A stretch of 20,000 nucleotides of DNA from an uncultured virus (IMG/VR IMGVR_UViG_3300028283_000004) (taxonomy: Duplodnaviria > Heunggongvirae > Uroviricota > Caudoviricetes), in the IMG/VR virus record IMGVR_UViG_3300028283_000004. One strand, written 5' to 3'. A model generated the notes under the pieces. The model had not been told where the DNA came from. It was given only the letters and a program-made list of their open reading frames with translations, and did not search any database. The position numbers and the translations under genes are program-made. Positions 1 to 8,425 of the stretch are shown piece after piece (the stretch's first letter is position 1; each line of letters opens with the position of its first letter).

Positions 1-78
1 ATGAGGTTCGTCATAAAATTTTACATTATTAAATGCGGTAAATAATTCGCTGGGTATATCTATGGGAATTTTCATCAT
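1..78 (-). CDS. N-terminus of a gene running off the window; possible PD-(D/E)XK (Cas4-like) phage exonuclease
   Basis: Read manually: MMKIPIDIPSELFTAFNNVKFYDEPH..., open to position 1. 'F-x-(D/E)-E-x-H' resembles the N-terminal motif of phage PD-(D/E)XK exonucleases. It is directly preceded by a TAnnTTTG promoter. Only 26 codons are visible. Confidence 0.45.
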   Translation of the reverse strand, partial: MMKIPIDIPSELFTAFNNVKFYDEPH

Positions 79-79
79 G

Positions 80-109
80 CAAACTTACAAATTAATTAAT
101 TAATCACAA
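80..109 (-). promoter_or_regulatory. Bacteroidota-type primary sigma promoter (-33 TTG / -7 TAAGTTTG)
   Basis: The minus strand reads TTG (109-107), 19 nt, TAAGTTTG (87-80), immediately upstream of ATGATG at 78-73. This matches the established Bacteroidetes consensus TTTG/TTG-N19-21-TAnnTTTG. Confidence 0.6.
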
Positions 110-995
110 TGTTTTTTTGTAATAATGAATCAAAATTAATTTGTTCCAAATTATTAATGATTGCAGTCTTATCTGCAGGTAAATTAGAATATCCATGAAC
201 ATGGCTAATTAAAGCATTACGCATGATATTTAACGCTTCCACCAAAACATCCCCTCTTACCATTGGGTGTCCTTCAGAAAAAATTCTTTCTCTGTCTTTC
301 TGTACTAAACGTGCTGGTTTAAATTGTGGATTACCTTCATGTGAAATTAATGCAATTTTATCGCTCATTACAATTGTGCTACTCTGATATGCAGAAACTG
401 TAGCATTAGTAGTACCAGTTTTGGCTTCATAAACAAGACTTATTTCCGCTGGATTTTTTGTGTTAAGTTTTAATATATTATCATTTTCATGTTTACCAGC
501 TCTAATATGTACCTCATTTATGCGCAATATAACATCAGTATTTATTTTACCAACGATTGCCACATCGGTTTTAAGAGGAAATACGCCAACTGCATCTGGA
601 TATGTAGATACTGCTGGTTCTGGTATTGTAAGTGCCACATTGGTCGTTGAAAAGGCTGTATATATTGAATCAAACCCAATTCTTTGTGGTTGTGATATAA
701 CGCTTCCAAGCCAAAATCTGCTTCTTTCAGGATATTTCATGTCTTCAATAAAAACCCTAACCATTTCGCCAACTTGTGGATAAACATGAAAAAACTTTGG
801 AAGTAATGGATAACAATAAGGTAAATCAGCATTAGATGTTTTATTATCTAACCCCAATATTTTAACCTGAATTCTTCCACCATCAGTTGAATCCTCAATA
901 GATATTACTTCACCATAATATATTGTTCTGGTGACTTGAATATTATCCTCTCTTTTAAAAGGATTACTAGTTTGTATTATTGGTTTGTCAAACAT
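96..995 (-). CDS. Baseplate central spike protein (Gp5/GpV/VgrG-type N-terminal OB fold)
   Basis: The N-terminal 'YYGEVISIEDSTDGGRIQVKILGLD...LPYCYPLLP...PQVGEMVRVF...RFWLGSV' is the typical Gp5-OB pattern. A beta-rich middle follows, with a C-terminal H-x-H (SHVHGY) as in P2 gpV/phi92 gp138 spikes. Confidence 0.8.
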   Translation of the reverse strand: MFDKPIIQTSNPFKREDNIQVTRTIYYGEVISIEDSTDGGRIQVKILGLDNKTSNADLPYCYPLLPKFFHVYPQVGEMVRVFIEDMKYPERSRFWLGSVISQPQRIGFDSIYTAFSTTNVALTIPEPAVSTYPDAVGVFPLKTDVAIVGKINTDVILRINEVHIRAGKHENDNILKLNTKNPAEISLVYEAKTGTTNATVSAYQSSTIVMSDKIALISHEGNPQFKPARLVQKDRERIFSEGHPMVRGDVLVEALNIMRNALISHVHGYSNLPADKTAIINNLEQINFDSLLQKNIVIN

Positions 996-1201
996 TATCT
1001 ATTTGTCATTTCTTCTATTAATGCAATATAATTTTTTTCTATTTTATCCAATACCTCAATTTTATCATTAATTATTCCATCTAGATCATCAATTTCACGT
1101 GTGTGATTAATAATCTCCTGTTTTAATGCATCGTGTTTTGCCTTAGCGTCATTAATCATTTTATTCAATTCGATTAATGTATATATACTTAAATCTTCCA
1201 T
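995..1201 (-). CDS. Small coiled-coil hypothetical protein (68 aa)
   Basis: ORF with heptad-like pattern. Its TAA overlaps the ATG of the spike gene (TAATG), indicating translational coupling. Confidence 0.7.
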   Translation of the reverse strand: MEDLSIYTLIELNKMINDAKAKHDALKQEIINHTREIDDLDGIINDKIEVLDKIEKNYIALIEEMTNR

Positions 1202-1208
1202 AATAATA

Positions 1209-1613
1209 TTATTGTATTACCCCAAAACCTTTAATATATCCAACTGTTGAGCCAACCACCGAAACAGGTCCTGCAGGTGAAATACCTGCCGCTGTCAAAG
1301 CTATCCCGGGCGGTACAGCCACGCTAATGATAGCATCCTGTTGAAAAGCATTTACAATTTCCTCAATCACAATTCTCCACATCAATTCTTCTGGATTATC
1401 AGCTCCTGACGGTAATGTCCCAAATGGTATACCCGCTTCAGGCTTTCTAGCAATTATATTATTAGCTATTGTTATTGGTGATAACCCATTACGCTTAGGC
1501 ACACCAATTAAAATAATCGCTGTTGGGATCGGTGGTGGTGGACCGGTCGGTAATTGTAGTATTTTACTAATACCGCCAACAACAGCTTCGGGATTATTAA
1601 AATCAATTGCCAT
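1209..1613 (-). CDS. Hypothetical Pro/Gly-rich protein, possibly virion/baseplate associated (134 aa)
   Basis: Tightly packed ORF upstream of the spike gene, with a poly-Pro stretch and a small-residue beta-like C-terminus. Function is inferred from position only. Confidence 0.65.
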   Translation of the reverse strand: MAIDFNNPEAVVGGISKILQLPTGPPPPIPTAIILIGVPKRNGLSPITIANNIIARKPEAGIPFGTLPSGADNPEELMWRIVIEEIVNAFQQDAIISVAVPPGIALTAAGISPAGPVSVVGSTVGYIKGFGVIQ

Positions 1614-1614
1614 T

Positions 1615-1788
1615 TTAGTTTGCTTTTAACTCTTTAATATTTATCCATTTCCAACCTAAAAACAGTTTTGTTGCAAATCTTCTAAACCAATTTGGTTTAG
1701 TTGTTGTTGCAAGTTGTGTTCCACTAATATTTCCATCAATAAGATATACACCTAGGAATTTCTTATTTATTTTTTGATCTACTATCAT
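1615..1788 (-). CDS. Small hypothetical protein (57 aa), not in the ORF track
   Basis: Read manually: MIVDQKINKKFLGVYLIDGNISGTQLATTTKPNWFRRFATKLFLGWKWINIKELKAN*. It fills the gap, and its stop lies 1 nt before the next ATG (1613). Confidence 0.7.
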   Translation of the reverse strand: MIVDQKINKKFLGVYLIDGNISGTQLATTTKPNWFRRFATKLFLGWKWINIKELKAN

Positions 1789-1827
1789 AATATATAACTT
1801 TAAATTAAGATTATTAATTTTTATTGC

Positions 1828-3147
1828 TTATCCAGTACTAACTTTTGGGATTTTTATTGGTAGCAAACTTTTTAATGTTTTTTTATATTGATTAATTTTT
1901 TCTTTTAATATTTTTTTAATTATTGGTACAAGTAATAACATTAAAACTTTTTTTACTAAATTAAATATATATTCAGTAACCATTGCAACAATTTGGTTTA
2001 CATTACATTTAATAAAAGTTTTAAATTTCTTTAAATCATCTTTTGCACTACCAACTATAACTTGACCATTATTTTGTAGTGCACTAGTAATACCTAAAAG
2101 TGTGCGTACTTGTGGCGAAGTTGTTAATGATTTTGCTAACGTTTGTGTAACATATTGAATTATTCTTTGAAAAAATCCATCTTTAATTGATTCTTTATTT
2201 TCATCAGCCACAGCTTGATCAGAAATGCTTTTGTTGATACTGTCATTAATTTGATTACCAACATAAAACGAGTCAGTCGATCCAGATACGTTTGATATTA
2301 TTGTGCTTAAATCATCTAAAGATAATTTTGCACCATATACACCACATCCCATATCGTAATTAACAACCCCGTTAACCATTTCATTTGCTTTTGCCAATAA
2401 TTCTTCATAATCGTTTGGTAAAAGTTCAAAAGTATCGTTATCATCAGTAATTAATTGTTGAATTAGTTTATCAACAATTAGTTCTTGATAAACTTCATCA
2501 ACAGTTTTATTTTGATTACTAGTGATACTTCCATAAATTCTATCCATCACATTACTAGTAAACTCTTTTTTATTAATAATCGTTAACCCATCAATATAAT
2601 TATTTGTCCAAGTCCCAATTGTTGTTGTGGGGTCTCCTTTAAATGTTATATTATCAGTAAGTGAAGTATATGTCATATTTAAACCACCAATACTTGTTGT
2701 GCTTTCATTTTTAATCGCATTATACAACAAATTATCAAAATTGGGCTTTATTTTATCATAAAGTAAATTTCCACTTTTTGAATCTGGGTTTGTTTTTAAT
2801 TTACCATAAACATCGATGTTTTTTACTGGTATATTATATCCAGTTGTAGTAAACGCTGTAGGTAGTTCATCACCAGAATTATATTGTGTCGCTTGTTTTT
2901 TTAAAGCATCCTTCATTTTTGGTTCAACCTTATCAATAAATTTTGTAAGTAATTCACCAGTTAATTCTTGAAGTGCAGCTGTGCCGACAATTACTTTCAA
3001 AGTATCTAGTAAAAAAGGAACAATATCTTTTTTATTATTGATTGACGGGAAAATGTTTGTACTTTTCGTTTTATCAATAGTTTGCATCATTGATGTATAT
3101 GAAGCAATTTTAGTAAAAATTTGTTTTTTGTCGTCACTTAAACTCAT
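1828..3147 (-). CDS. Hypothetical protein (439 aa), possibly structural
   Basis: Long ORF in operon context, with a helical, hydrophobic/basic C-terminus (LVKKVLMLLLVPIIKKILKEK). No family recognised. Confidence 0.7.
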   Translation of the reverse strand: MSLSDDKKQIFTKIASYTSMMQTIDKTKSTNIFPSINNKKDIVPFLLDTLKVIVGTAALQELTGELLTKFIDKVEPKMKDALKKQATQYNSGDELPTAFTTTGYNIPVKNIDVYGKLKTNPDSKSGNLLYDKIKPNFDNLLYNAIKNESTTSIGGLNMTYTSLTDNITFKGDPTTTIGTWTNNYIDGLTIINKKEFTSNVMDRIYGSITSNQNKTVDEVYQELIVDKLIQQLITDDNDTFELLPNDYEELLAKANEMVNGVVNYDMGCGVYGAKLSLDDLSTIISNVSGSTDSFYVGNQINDSINKSISDQAVADENKESIKDGFFQRIIQYVTQTLAKSLTTSPQVRTLLGITSALQNNGQVIVGSAKDDLKKFKTFIKCNVNQIVAMVTEYIFNLVKKVLMLLLVPIIKKILKEKINQYKKTLKSLLPIKIPKVSTG

Positions 3148-3150
3148 TGC

Positions 3151-3534
3151 TTATTGTCTTTGATTTTTCTTTCTATCAACCTCTGTTTGAACAAAATTTA
3201 ATAATTCATTTCTTCTATCCATTGTTAATGTTCCAGTTTCTTCAGATTTTGATGTTTCGTTATTGTTATTAGATTTATTATCAAAAACCACTTCTTTCAA
3301 ATATTTTAACAACATTATTTTTTGGTCTTGATTTTTTGCTTCGGCAGCAATAAGTTTAACAATCTGATCACCAATTGCAGCAACTTCACCACTTTCTTTT
3401 ACTTTAGTTTCCCATTTACTGAAAAGTCTAGTAATTTTGGCTTTGATGTTATGACTTTCGTCATAGATTTCCTGAAGTAGTTTGTTTACACTCTCTTCGT
3501 TGAATTCTAGACGTTTACGGGTTGGTCTTGGCAT
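3151..3534 (-). CDS. Helical hypothetical protein (127 aa); weak resemblance to T4-like terminase small subunit
   Basis: Two long predicted helices, preceded by a GTATTTAT motif. 'AAIGDQIVKLIAAEAKNQDQKIMLLK' loosely recalls gp16-type oligomerisation helices. The ORF is solid but the function is speculative. Confidence 0.55.
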   Translation of the reverse strand: MPRPTRKRLEFNEESVNKLLQEIYDESHNIKAKITRLFSKWETKVKESGEVAAIGDQIVKLIAAEAKNQDQKIMLLKYLKEVVFDNKSNNNNETSKSEETGTLTMDRRNELLNFVQTEVDRKKNQRQ

Positions 3535-3555
3535 TTTATATATGTTTTAGTACTT

Positions 3556-3563
3556 ATAAATAC
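3556..3563 (-). promoter_or_regulatory. Putative phage late promoter motif GTATTTAT
   Basis: Lies 21 nt upstream of the ATG at 3534. The same octamer precedes the structural genes starting at 8426, 9592 and 12644. Confidence 0.5.
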
Positions 3564-3581
3564 TAATTAAATTAATTTATA

Positions 3582-4451
3582 TTAGTCATCTAAATAATCA
3601 ATTTTCTCAATAAAATAAATATCTTTAAATGGTTTAATTGCAATTCGTATTTCCTTGGTTGATAAACTTGTTTGTTCTTTTAGAAAGAACAATATTTTAT
3701 TTTTTGCAAATTTGTTTGTTATTCTTTTATTATATCTACCATCGGGACTATCTTCCATAAATAATACTTGCCAATTTTTTAAAACATTAACAATTGCATC
3801 ACCAACAATGATTTCATTTTTTTTCATTATAGTATCAGTATCTATCTTAATTTCAATTTTACTGATAACACAGTTAATTAATTTCTCAAGCTGGTGTTGG
3901 TTTTCCAATTCAATTTCATAAGAATATTCATGATTCTCATTAATTTCATCAGCATAGTCATCAAAAGATAAATTAATCTTCTTTTCGGTATAGCTTTTTT
4001 TGCTATGGTCTTTATAGTAGTTTCTGATTATCGTTTGACAATAACTAAACGCTTTTGAATAAAATAGTCTATAATTATTCATATCATCCTCCAATACCAA
4101 AGAATTTAATTTCTCATTAGCTTCTTTGATAAACCAAAATCTATTATTTATATCTAATTTAGTCCATTTAATTGTACCACATTTATTAATTTCAATAATA
4201 AATGGTCTGTATTTAATCATGTGCTCAATCAAATGTGTAAGTGCATTAGACTCTACCTCATTCATATCATAATTACCAATATGTATGGGGTAGCGTCTTA
4301 ATATTGACTGAATCATTTTCCGAAATGGTTCTATAAGAATTTCATTATATATCCTATTTTTTTCTTCGAGTGAATTTGATTTGATATATTCTAAAACTGC
4401 TCTTTCTTCCTTTTCAGCAAAATATGGTGCATTATTTTCATTTTCCTTCAT
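3582..4451 (-). CDS. Phage-encoded RNA polymerase sigma factor (sigma70 region 2; gp55-like late sigma)
   Basis: 'YFAEKEERAVLEY...FRKMIQSILRRY...EVESNALTHLIEHMIKY...KAFSYCQTIIRNYY' resembles sigma region 2 as in T4 gp55-like proteins (F-(A/S)-Y-x-x-x-I motif). Confidence 0.65.
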   Translation of the reverse strand: MKENENNAPYFAEKEERAVLEYIKSNSLEEKNRIYNEILIEPFRKMIQSILRRYPIHIGNYDMNEVESNALTHLIEHMIKYRPFIIEINKCGTIKWTKLDINNRFWFIKEANEKLNSLVLEDDMNNYRLFYSKAFSYCQTIIRNYYKDHSKKSYTEKKINLSFDDYADEINENHEYSYEIELENQHQLEKLINCVISKIEIKIDTDTIMKKNEIIVGDAIVNVLKNWQVLFMEDSPDGRYNKRITNKFAKNKILFFLKEQTSLSTKEIRIAIKPFKDIYFIEKIDYLDD

Positions 4452-4477
4452 TTAAATAAGTTAAACAAATAATATTA

Positions 4478-5299
4478 TTAATTCACAATTTGTTTGTGAA
4501 GTCTTGACATATCAATATTTCTATCCGTCAAAATATTTGCTTCAGTTGTTGCCGTATCAAACCAGAATTTTCTTTCATTTGCTGACATGGTTTTTAAGTA
4601 ATTATCAAAAAGACTATTTTCTCTTGTTGCAAGGTGTTTATATCCAATTTTTGGTATTGAAAATACTTTACATGCGTTATTTAATGCCCTAAGTAAAAAT
4701 TCATACATGAAGCTTAATTTAATGTTTGATTTATATCCCCCAAGATTTTCAAATTCGGATTTCTTAATAATTGCACCAGATATTTTGAAGTCAGTATATT
4801 GTTTCAATGCGTTTTGATTTAAATAACCCATTTCACCATTTTCGCCAACAAATTGTTGTGCCCATACAGTTTCATTGGTTAATTTAATACCCTCATTTTT
4901 TTCATTAACCTCAATCATCATAGTTAAAAAGATATCAATATTAGGAAACGACTCAACATATTTTGAACCGTTTTTAAAATATGTTGTACTGTATTCATCA
5001 TCGAATTCAAGTACCGAGAAATATTCGGTTGTTACAGATTTTACAGCAAGATTTACTTGAGATTGATAATCTGTTTTACCTTCATTTTTGAGATATGTAA
5101 TCTTTAAATTAAAATACGTGTGAGACTTGACCTGTTCTTCTATCTCAGGAGCATATACAATTACCAAATTAGGTAAATTAAGACTACCGTCTTCATTAAT
5201 GATATTTTCTTGTTTAAGAATTGATTCAATTGCTTTATCCAAATAGGTCTTAACCTGTTCGTTATATTCGTGAATTGGGATTATTACTGTAATATTCAT
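4478..5299 (-). CDS. Glycosyltransferase family 2 (GT-A fold)
   Basis: N-terminal 'ITVIIPIHEY...LDKAIESILKQ', then 'NLAVKSVTTEYFSVLEFDD' (the DxD equivalent is E-F-D-D), and 'IIKKSEFENLGGY'. Confidence 0.85.
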   Translation of the reverse strand: MNITVIIPIHEYNEQVKTYLDKAIESILKQENIINEDGSLNLPNLVIVYAPEIEEQVKSHTYFNLKITYLKNEGKTDYQSQVNLAVKSVTTEYFSVLEFDDEYSTTYFKNGSKYVESFPNIDIFLTMMIEVNEKNEGIKLTNETVWAQQFVGENGEMGYLNQNALKQYTDFKISGAIIKKSEFENLGGYKSNIKLSFMYEFLLRALNNACKVFSIPKIGYKHLATRENSLFDNYLKTMSANERKFWFDTATTEANILTDRNIDMSRLHKQIVN

Positions 5300-5331
5300 T
5301 TTTACGTTATTTATGTCTTTAAATTTTATTT

Positions 5332-6474
5332 TTATACTTCTTTAGCTGGTTCAACTGCTTTTTGCATTAAAATTATCCTATCATTAAGAAATCCTTGATA
5401 AACTTCAGTTAATTGATTTTCGGCAGCTTCTTGAGTGTATTTTGCAACCACAACATCCATTGATTCATATAGTTTAGCATCAACATTATCATCTAAGAAT
5501 TTAATTAAAACCTCACCAACTAATATTGGCAAATCATAATAATTATCTGTCCAAACACCCGCACCCTCAACGACATTGCTAACAATTCCATTTTCGTCTC
5601 TCACAACCATAAATTCTGGCATAATATCTGGTCTTAAACAAATTGGTACTACGCCTGATTTCATACACTCTAAAGGAAACGTACCAAAAGATGCAATTCT
5701 ATCAATCCAAACTGCAGCAAAATTGCCTTGTAACCTTTTTGCAAAGTCAACTCTGCGCATTGCTTGTGGTGGTTTGCTTTTTGTGAGCATTGGGTCAAAC
5801 GTTACCCAACTATATTGTGGATATCTGCTAAAGAATAGTTTAACAAGTTTAGAAATTTCGTTTGCATTTCTACCAATAACCGAAACAACTGGTTTTTGTG
5901 GCATTTTTGATTTTTCAAAATATTCTGGTATACCAATATTGTATGTTTTAATGTTAAATTTATTAATACCATAAAATGTTTCAACCCACTCTTTAAGTGT
6001 TTGTGAGGTTGTAATAATATCATTAATACCAAAAGATTTCCAATCAGTGCCCGGTATTAAACTATTCACCATATAATCAACAGATTGCAATAATCCAATT
6101 CTTATACATGGCAAATTTTTGGTTTGTTCCATAACGTTTGAATACACTTCAGGAATGATCATCACGTCTTCAGGTCCGACCATCAGTTTAGGGTCTGACA
6201 TTGACATGTGTTTAAAACCCGTTAATTCTTTCTCAATCCAAGCGGGAACAACATAGTCACCCTTTTCAACCAACATAATTACTTCATATCCCATATTTTT
6301 TACAACTGTTGCATGGAAATAAATTTCATACACACTTGCCACAGGACTTTGTGCTTCGGGTACAACAAATAAAAATTTTGATTTTTTTTCTGCCATTTTA
6401 CCAAGTGATTCTTTAATTTTCTCAATTTTTTCTAATTCAGCCTTTTGAACTTCATTATTTAATACTTCGCTCAT
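5332..6474 (-). CDS. Glycosyltransferase, GT-B fold (GT4-like)
   Basis: The C-terminal 'ASFGTFPLECMKSGVVPI' matches the GT4 (E)xFGxxxxEAMxxGxPV motif. 'DVMIIPEVY' is in the N-terminal domain. Confidence 0.75.
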   Translation of the reverse strand: MSEVLNNEVQKAELEKIEKIKESLGKMAEKKSKFLFVVPEAQSPVASVYEIYFHATVVKNMGYEVIMLVEKGDYVVPAWIEKELTGFKHMSMSDPKLMVGPEDVMIIPEVYSNVMEQTKNLPCIRIGLLQSVDYMVNSLIPGTDWKSFGINDIITTSQTLKEWVETFYGINKFNIKTYNIGIPEYFEKSKMPQKPVVSVIGRNANEISKLVKLFFSRYPQYSWVTFDPMLTKSKPPQAMRRVDFAKRLQGNFAAVWIDRIASFGTFPLECMKSGVVPICLRPDIMPEFMVVRDENGIVSNVVEGAGVWTDNYYDLPILVGEVLIKFLDDNVDAKLYESMDVVVAKYTQEAAENQLTEVYQGFLNDRIILMQKAVEPAKEV

Positions 6475-6478
6475 TTTT

Positions 6479-7216
6479 TTAATTTTTAAATTTAATTATT
6501 TTTTCAAATTCTGGATTTTCGTATAATTCAGCAATTTGTAATATTTCTAAAGAACCAGATTTAATGTTTTCATTATATGGTCTTTTTACTTTAATTAATT
6601 TTTTTCCCCAAGGAGCACCTAATTGTAATATCTCAGGGTCTGTTGTAATTAATACATCAATATCTTCCCACATTTCAGTTGCTTTATCAACAAAACGAAT
6701 ATTTTTAAATCTAGATGTCATCTTACTTAAAAAGAAAAGTGTTGATGGAATACTAAATCTATTTTCAACTGAAAATAATGTAAAATCTACACTATCACCA
6801 TATTTCAAAATAAAATTATTTACATGTAAATCCATTTGCTTATACATAATCGGTGCTGACGCATGAATTTCAAAAACAAAATCTTCATACATAAACCTAT
6901 TATATACTTCTCTTGCAGTTAATTTAATCTCTTTAGGTGCTTTAAACAAAAAAGCATCTGCTGGTGCTTCACCAAGTTTTTCATCGTGTTGATAATCCAA
7001 AGGATTAATGTCTTCGGGAAGATCACCCGGTTCTTTCAATTCTTTAATCACCTCAACAGTATCTTTCCAAGGATAATTTTTAAAAAAATCAAAAACATAT
7101 GGCTGATCAGGAACACCCTCATCGGTGAATTCTTGACAGAAGAATCTGTCAAATTGTAACCATTTTGCCCTGAAAACCTCATTAATATCAATACCCACTC
7201 TTATTTTCTTACTCAT
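6479..7216 (-). CDS. HAD-superfamily 5'(3')-deoxyribonucleotidase-like protein with degenerate motifs
   Basis: 'IRVGIDINEV' corresponds to HAD motif I (DxDGV). 'IDVLITTDP...IKVKRPYN' corresponds to the NT5C-type C-terminus (D-x-L-I-D-D ... P-Y/W-N). Confidence 0.6.
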   Translation of the reverse strand: MSKKIRVGIDINEVFRAKWLQFDRFFCQEFTDEGVPDQPYVFDFFKNYPWKDTVEVIKELKEPGDLPEDINPLDYQHDEKLGEAPADAFLFKAPKEIKLTAREVYNRFMYEDFVFEIHASAPIMYKQMDLHVNNFILKYGDSVDFTLFSVENRFSIPSTLFFLSKMTSRFKNIRFVDKATEMWEDIDVLITTDPEILQLGAPWGKKLIKVKRPYNENIKSGSLEILQIAELYENPEFEKIIKFKN

Positions 7217-7499
7217 TTTTTAATTTTAATTGTTCCAATTGATATTGGAGTGATTCTTGTAATTTTTTCATTTTTTCTGTATGTTCAAAAATTAATTCAC
7301 TATCTGTAATATATTTTGGGTTTATACATTCTATTTTTATATTGGAGGCTTGTACTGGAATTGATATAATTTCACCCTCAAACGTGCTGGGAATAATTTT
7401 TTTTGTTACGTTTGTAACAAAACTAGGTATGTCTTCACTACGCACTCCAGCAACCCCAACATATATTACAAATATTTTAGTTTCCATTTTTTGATTCAT
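7209..7499 (-). CDS. Hypothetical protein (92-96 aa)
   Basis: ORF overlapping both neighbours by a few codons, as expected for coupled phage genes. The start may be the second Met (METK). Confidence 0.65.
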   Translation of the reverse strand: MNQKMETKIFVIYVGVAGVRSEDIPSFVTNVTKKIIPSTFEGEIISIPVQASNIKIECINPKYITDSELIFEHTEKMKKLQESLQYQLEQLKLKNE

Positions 7500-8286
7500 T
7501 TAACAGGTGCTTATTTACTTTTACATTTTTATTAAAATATTCAAGATATTTGGTTTCAATAATATCAATAAGTGGATTTCTAACATTTTTATCTGCATTA
7601 CTCATTTCGACAATACCAAAATTTTCGGTATCACTAAACATTTTAATTAAATGTTTTAATGAACTATCTGTCTTATTAGTAATATCAATTTGATTTGTAT
7701 CACCCAACATAATTAATTTACAGTTTTCACCAATACGTGTCATTAAGGTGTGTGAATTATCCATTGAAATGTTTTGAACTTCATCACATATAATTAAACA
7801 GTCATCAAGAGTAACACCTCTCATGTATGTAAGTGGCATTGGTTTAACAATCTCTTTTTCAATTAAAGATTTTAAAGCAATACTTCCAATAACTTTTTCC
7901 ATATTAACGTAAAAACTCATTAAAAACGGAAGAAGTTTATCGTCTAATGTGCCTTTAAGATAACCCAAATCTTCTGATTTTAATGTGGTTACCGATTTTA
8001 CTAAATATATTTTCTTATATTTATTTTCCTTTTTTCTTATAAGGCTTAAGGCATATGCAACAGCAAGAAAAGTTTTACCTGTACCCGCTCTACCACCACA
8101 TATTGTAATTTCATTATTTTTAATAGAATTTATTAAATTTTTTTGACTGTCATTTTTTGCAGTTAATTTTATTTCAGCTTTTATTATTTTACTAATATCT
8201 TCTTTAACTCTTGAAGAATTAATTTCACTATCAGATGATACTAGTTCCTGAAAATCCTTTTCTTCCTTAACTCTATCCCTACCCAT
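7477..8286 (-). CDS. phoH: PhoH-like ATPase
   Basis: Walker A 'GRAGTGKT', plus 'LGYLKG', 'YMRGVTLD', 'DEVQN', 'TRIGENCK', 'GDTNQID' and 'VRNPLI', which are the hallmark PhoH motifs. Confidence 0.93.
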   Translation of the reverse strand: MGRDRVKEEKDFQELVSSDSEINSSRVKEDISKIIKAEIKLTAKNDSQKNLINSIKNNEITICGGRAGTGKTFLAVAYALSLIRKKENKYKKIYLVKSVTTLKSEDLGYLKGTLDDKLLPFLMSFYVNMEKVIGSIALKSLIEKEIVKPMPLTYMRGVTLDDCLIICDEVQNISMDNSHTLMTRIGENCKLIMLGDTNQIDITNKTDSSLKHLIKMFSDTENFGIVEMSNADKNVRNPLIDIIETKYLEYFNKNVKVNKHLLNESKNGN

Positions 8287-8392
8287 ATTTAATGTATTAC
8301 TTTAATTGATTTTTATAAAATATTATTAATTATAACCATTAATACGTAATTTAATTAAAAATCTTGAATTATGTTACAAAATTTTTTTTATA

Positions 8393-8400
8393 GTATTTAT
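8393..8400 (+). promoter_or_regulatory. Putative phage late promoter motif GTATTTAT
   Basis: In the divergent intergenic region, 25 nt upstream of the ATG at 8426. Confidence 0.5.
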
Positions 8401-8425
8401 TGAAAAACTATAAAATTTTATAATT

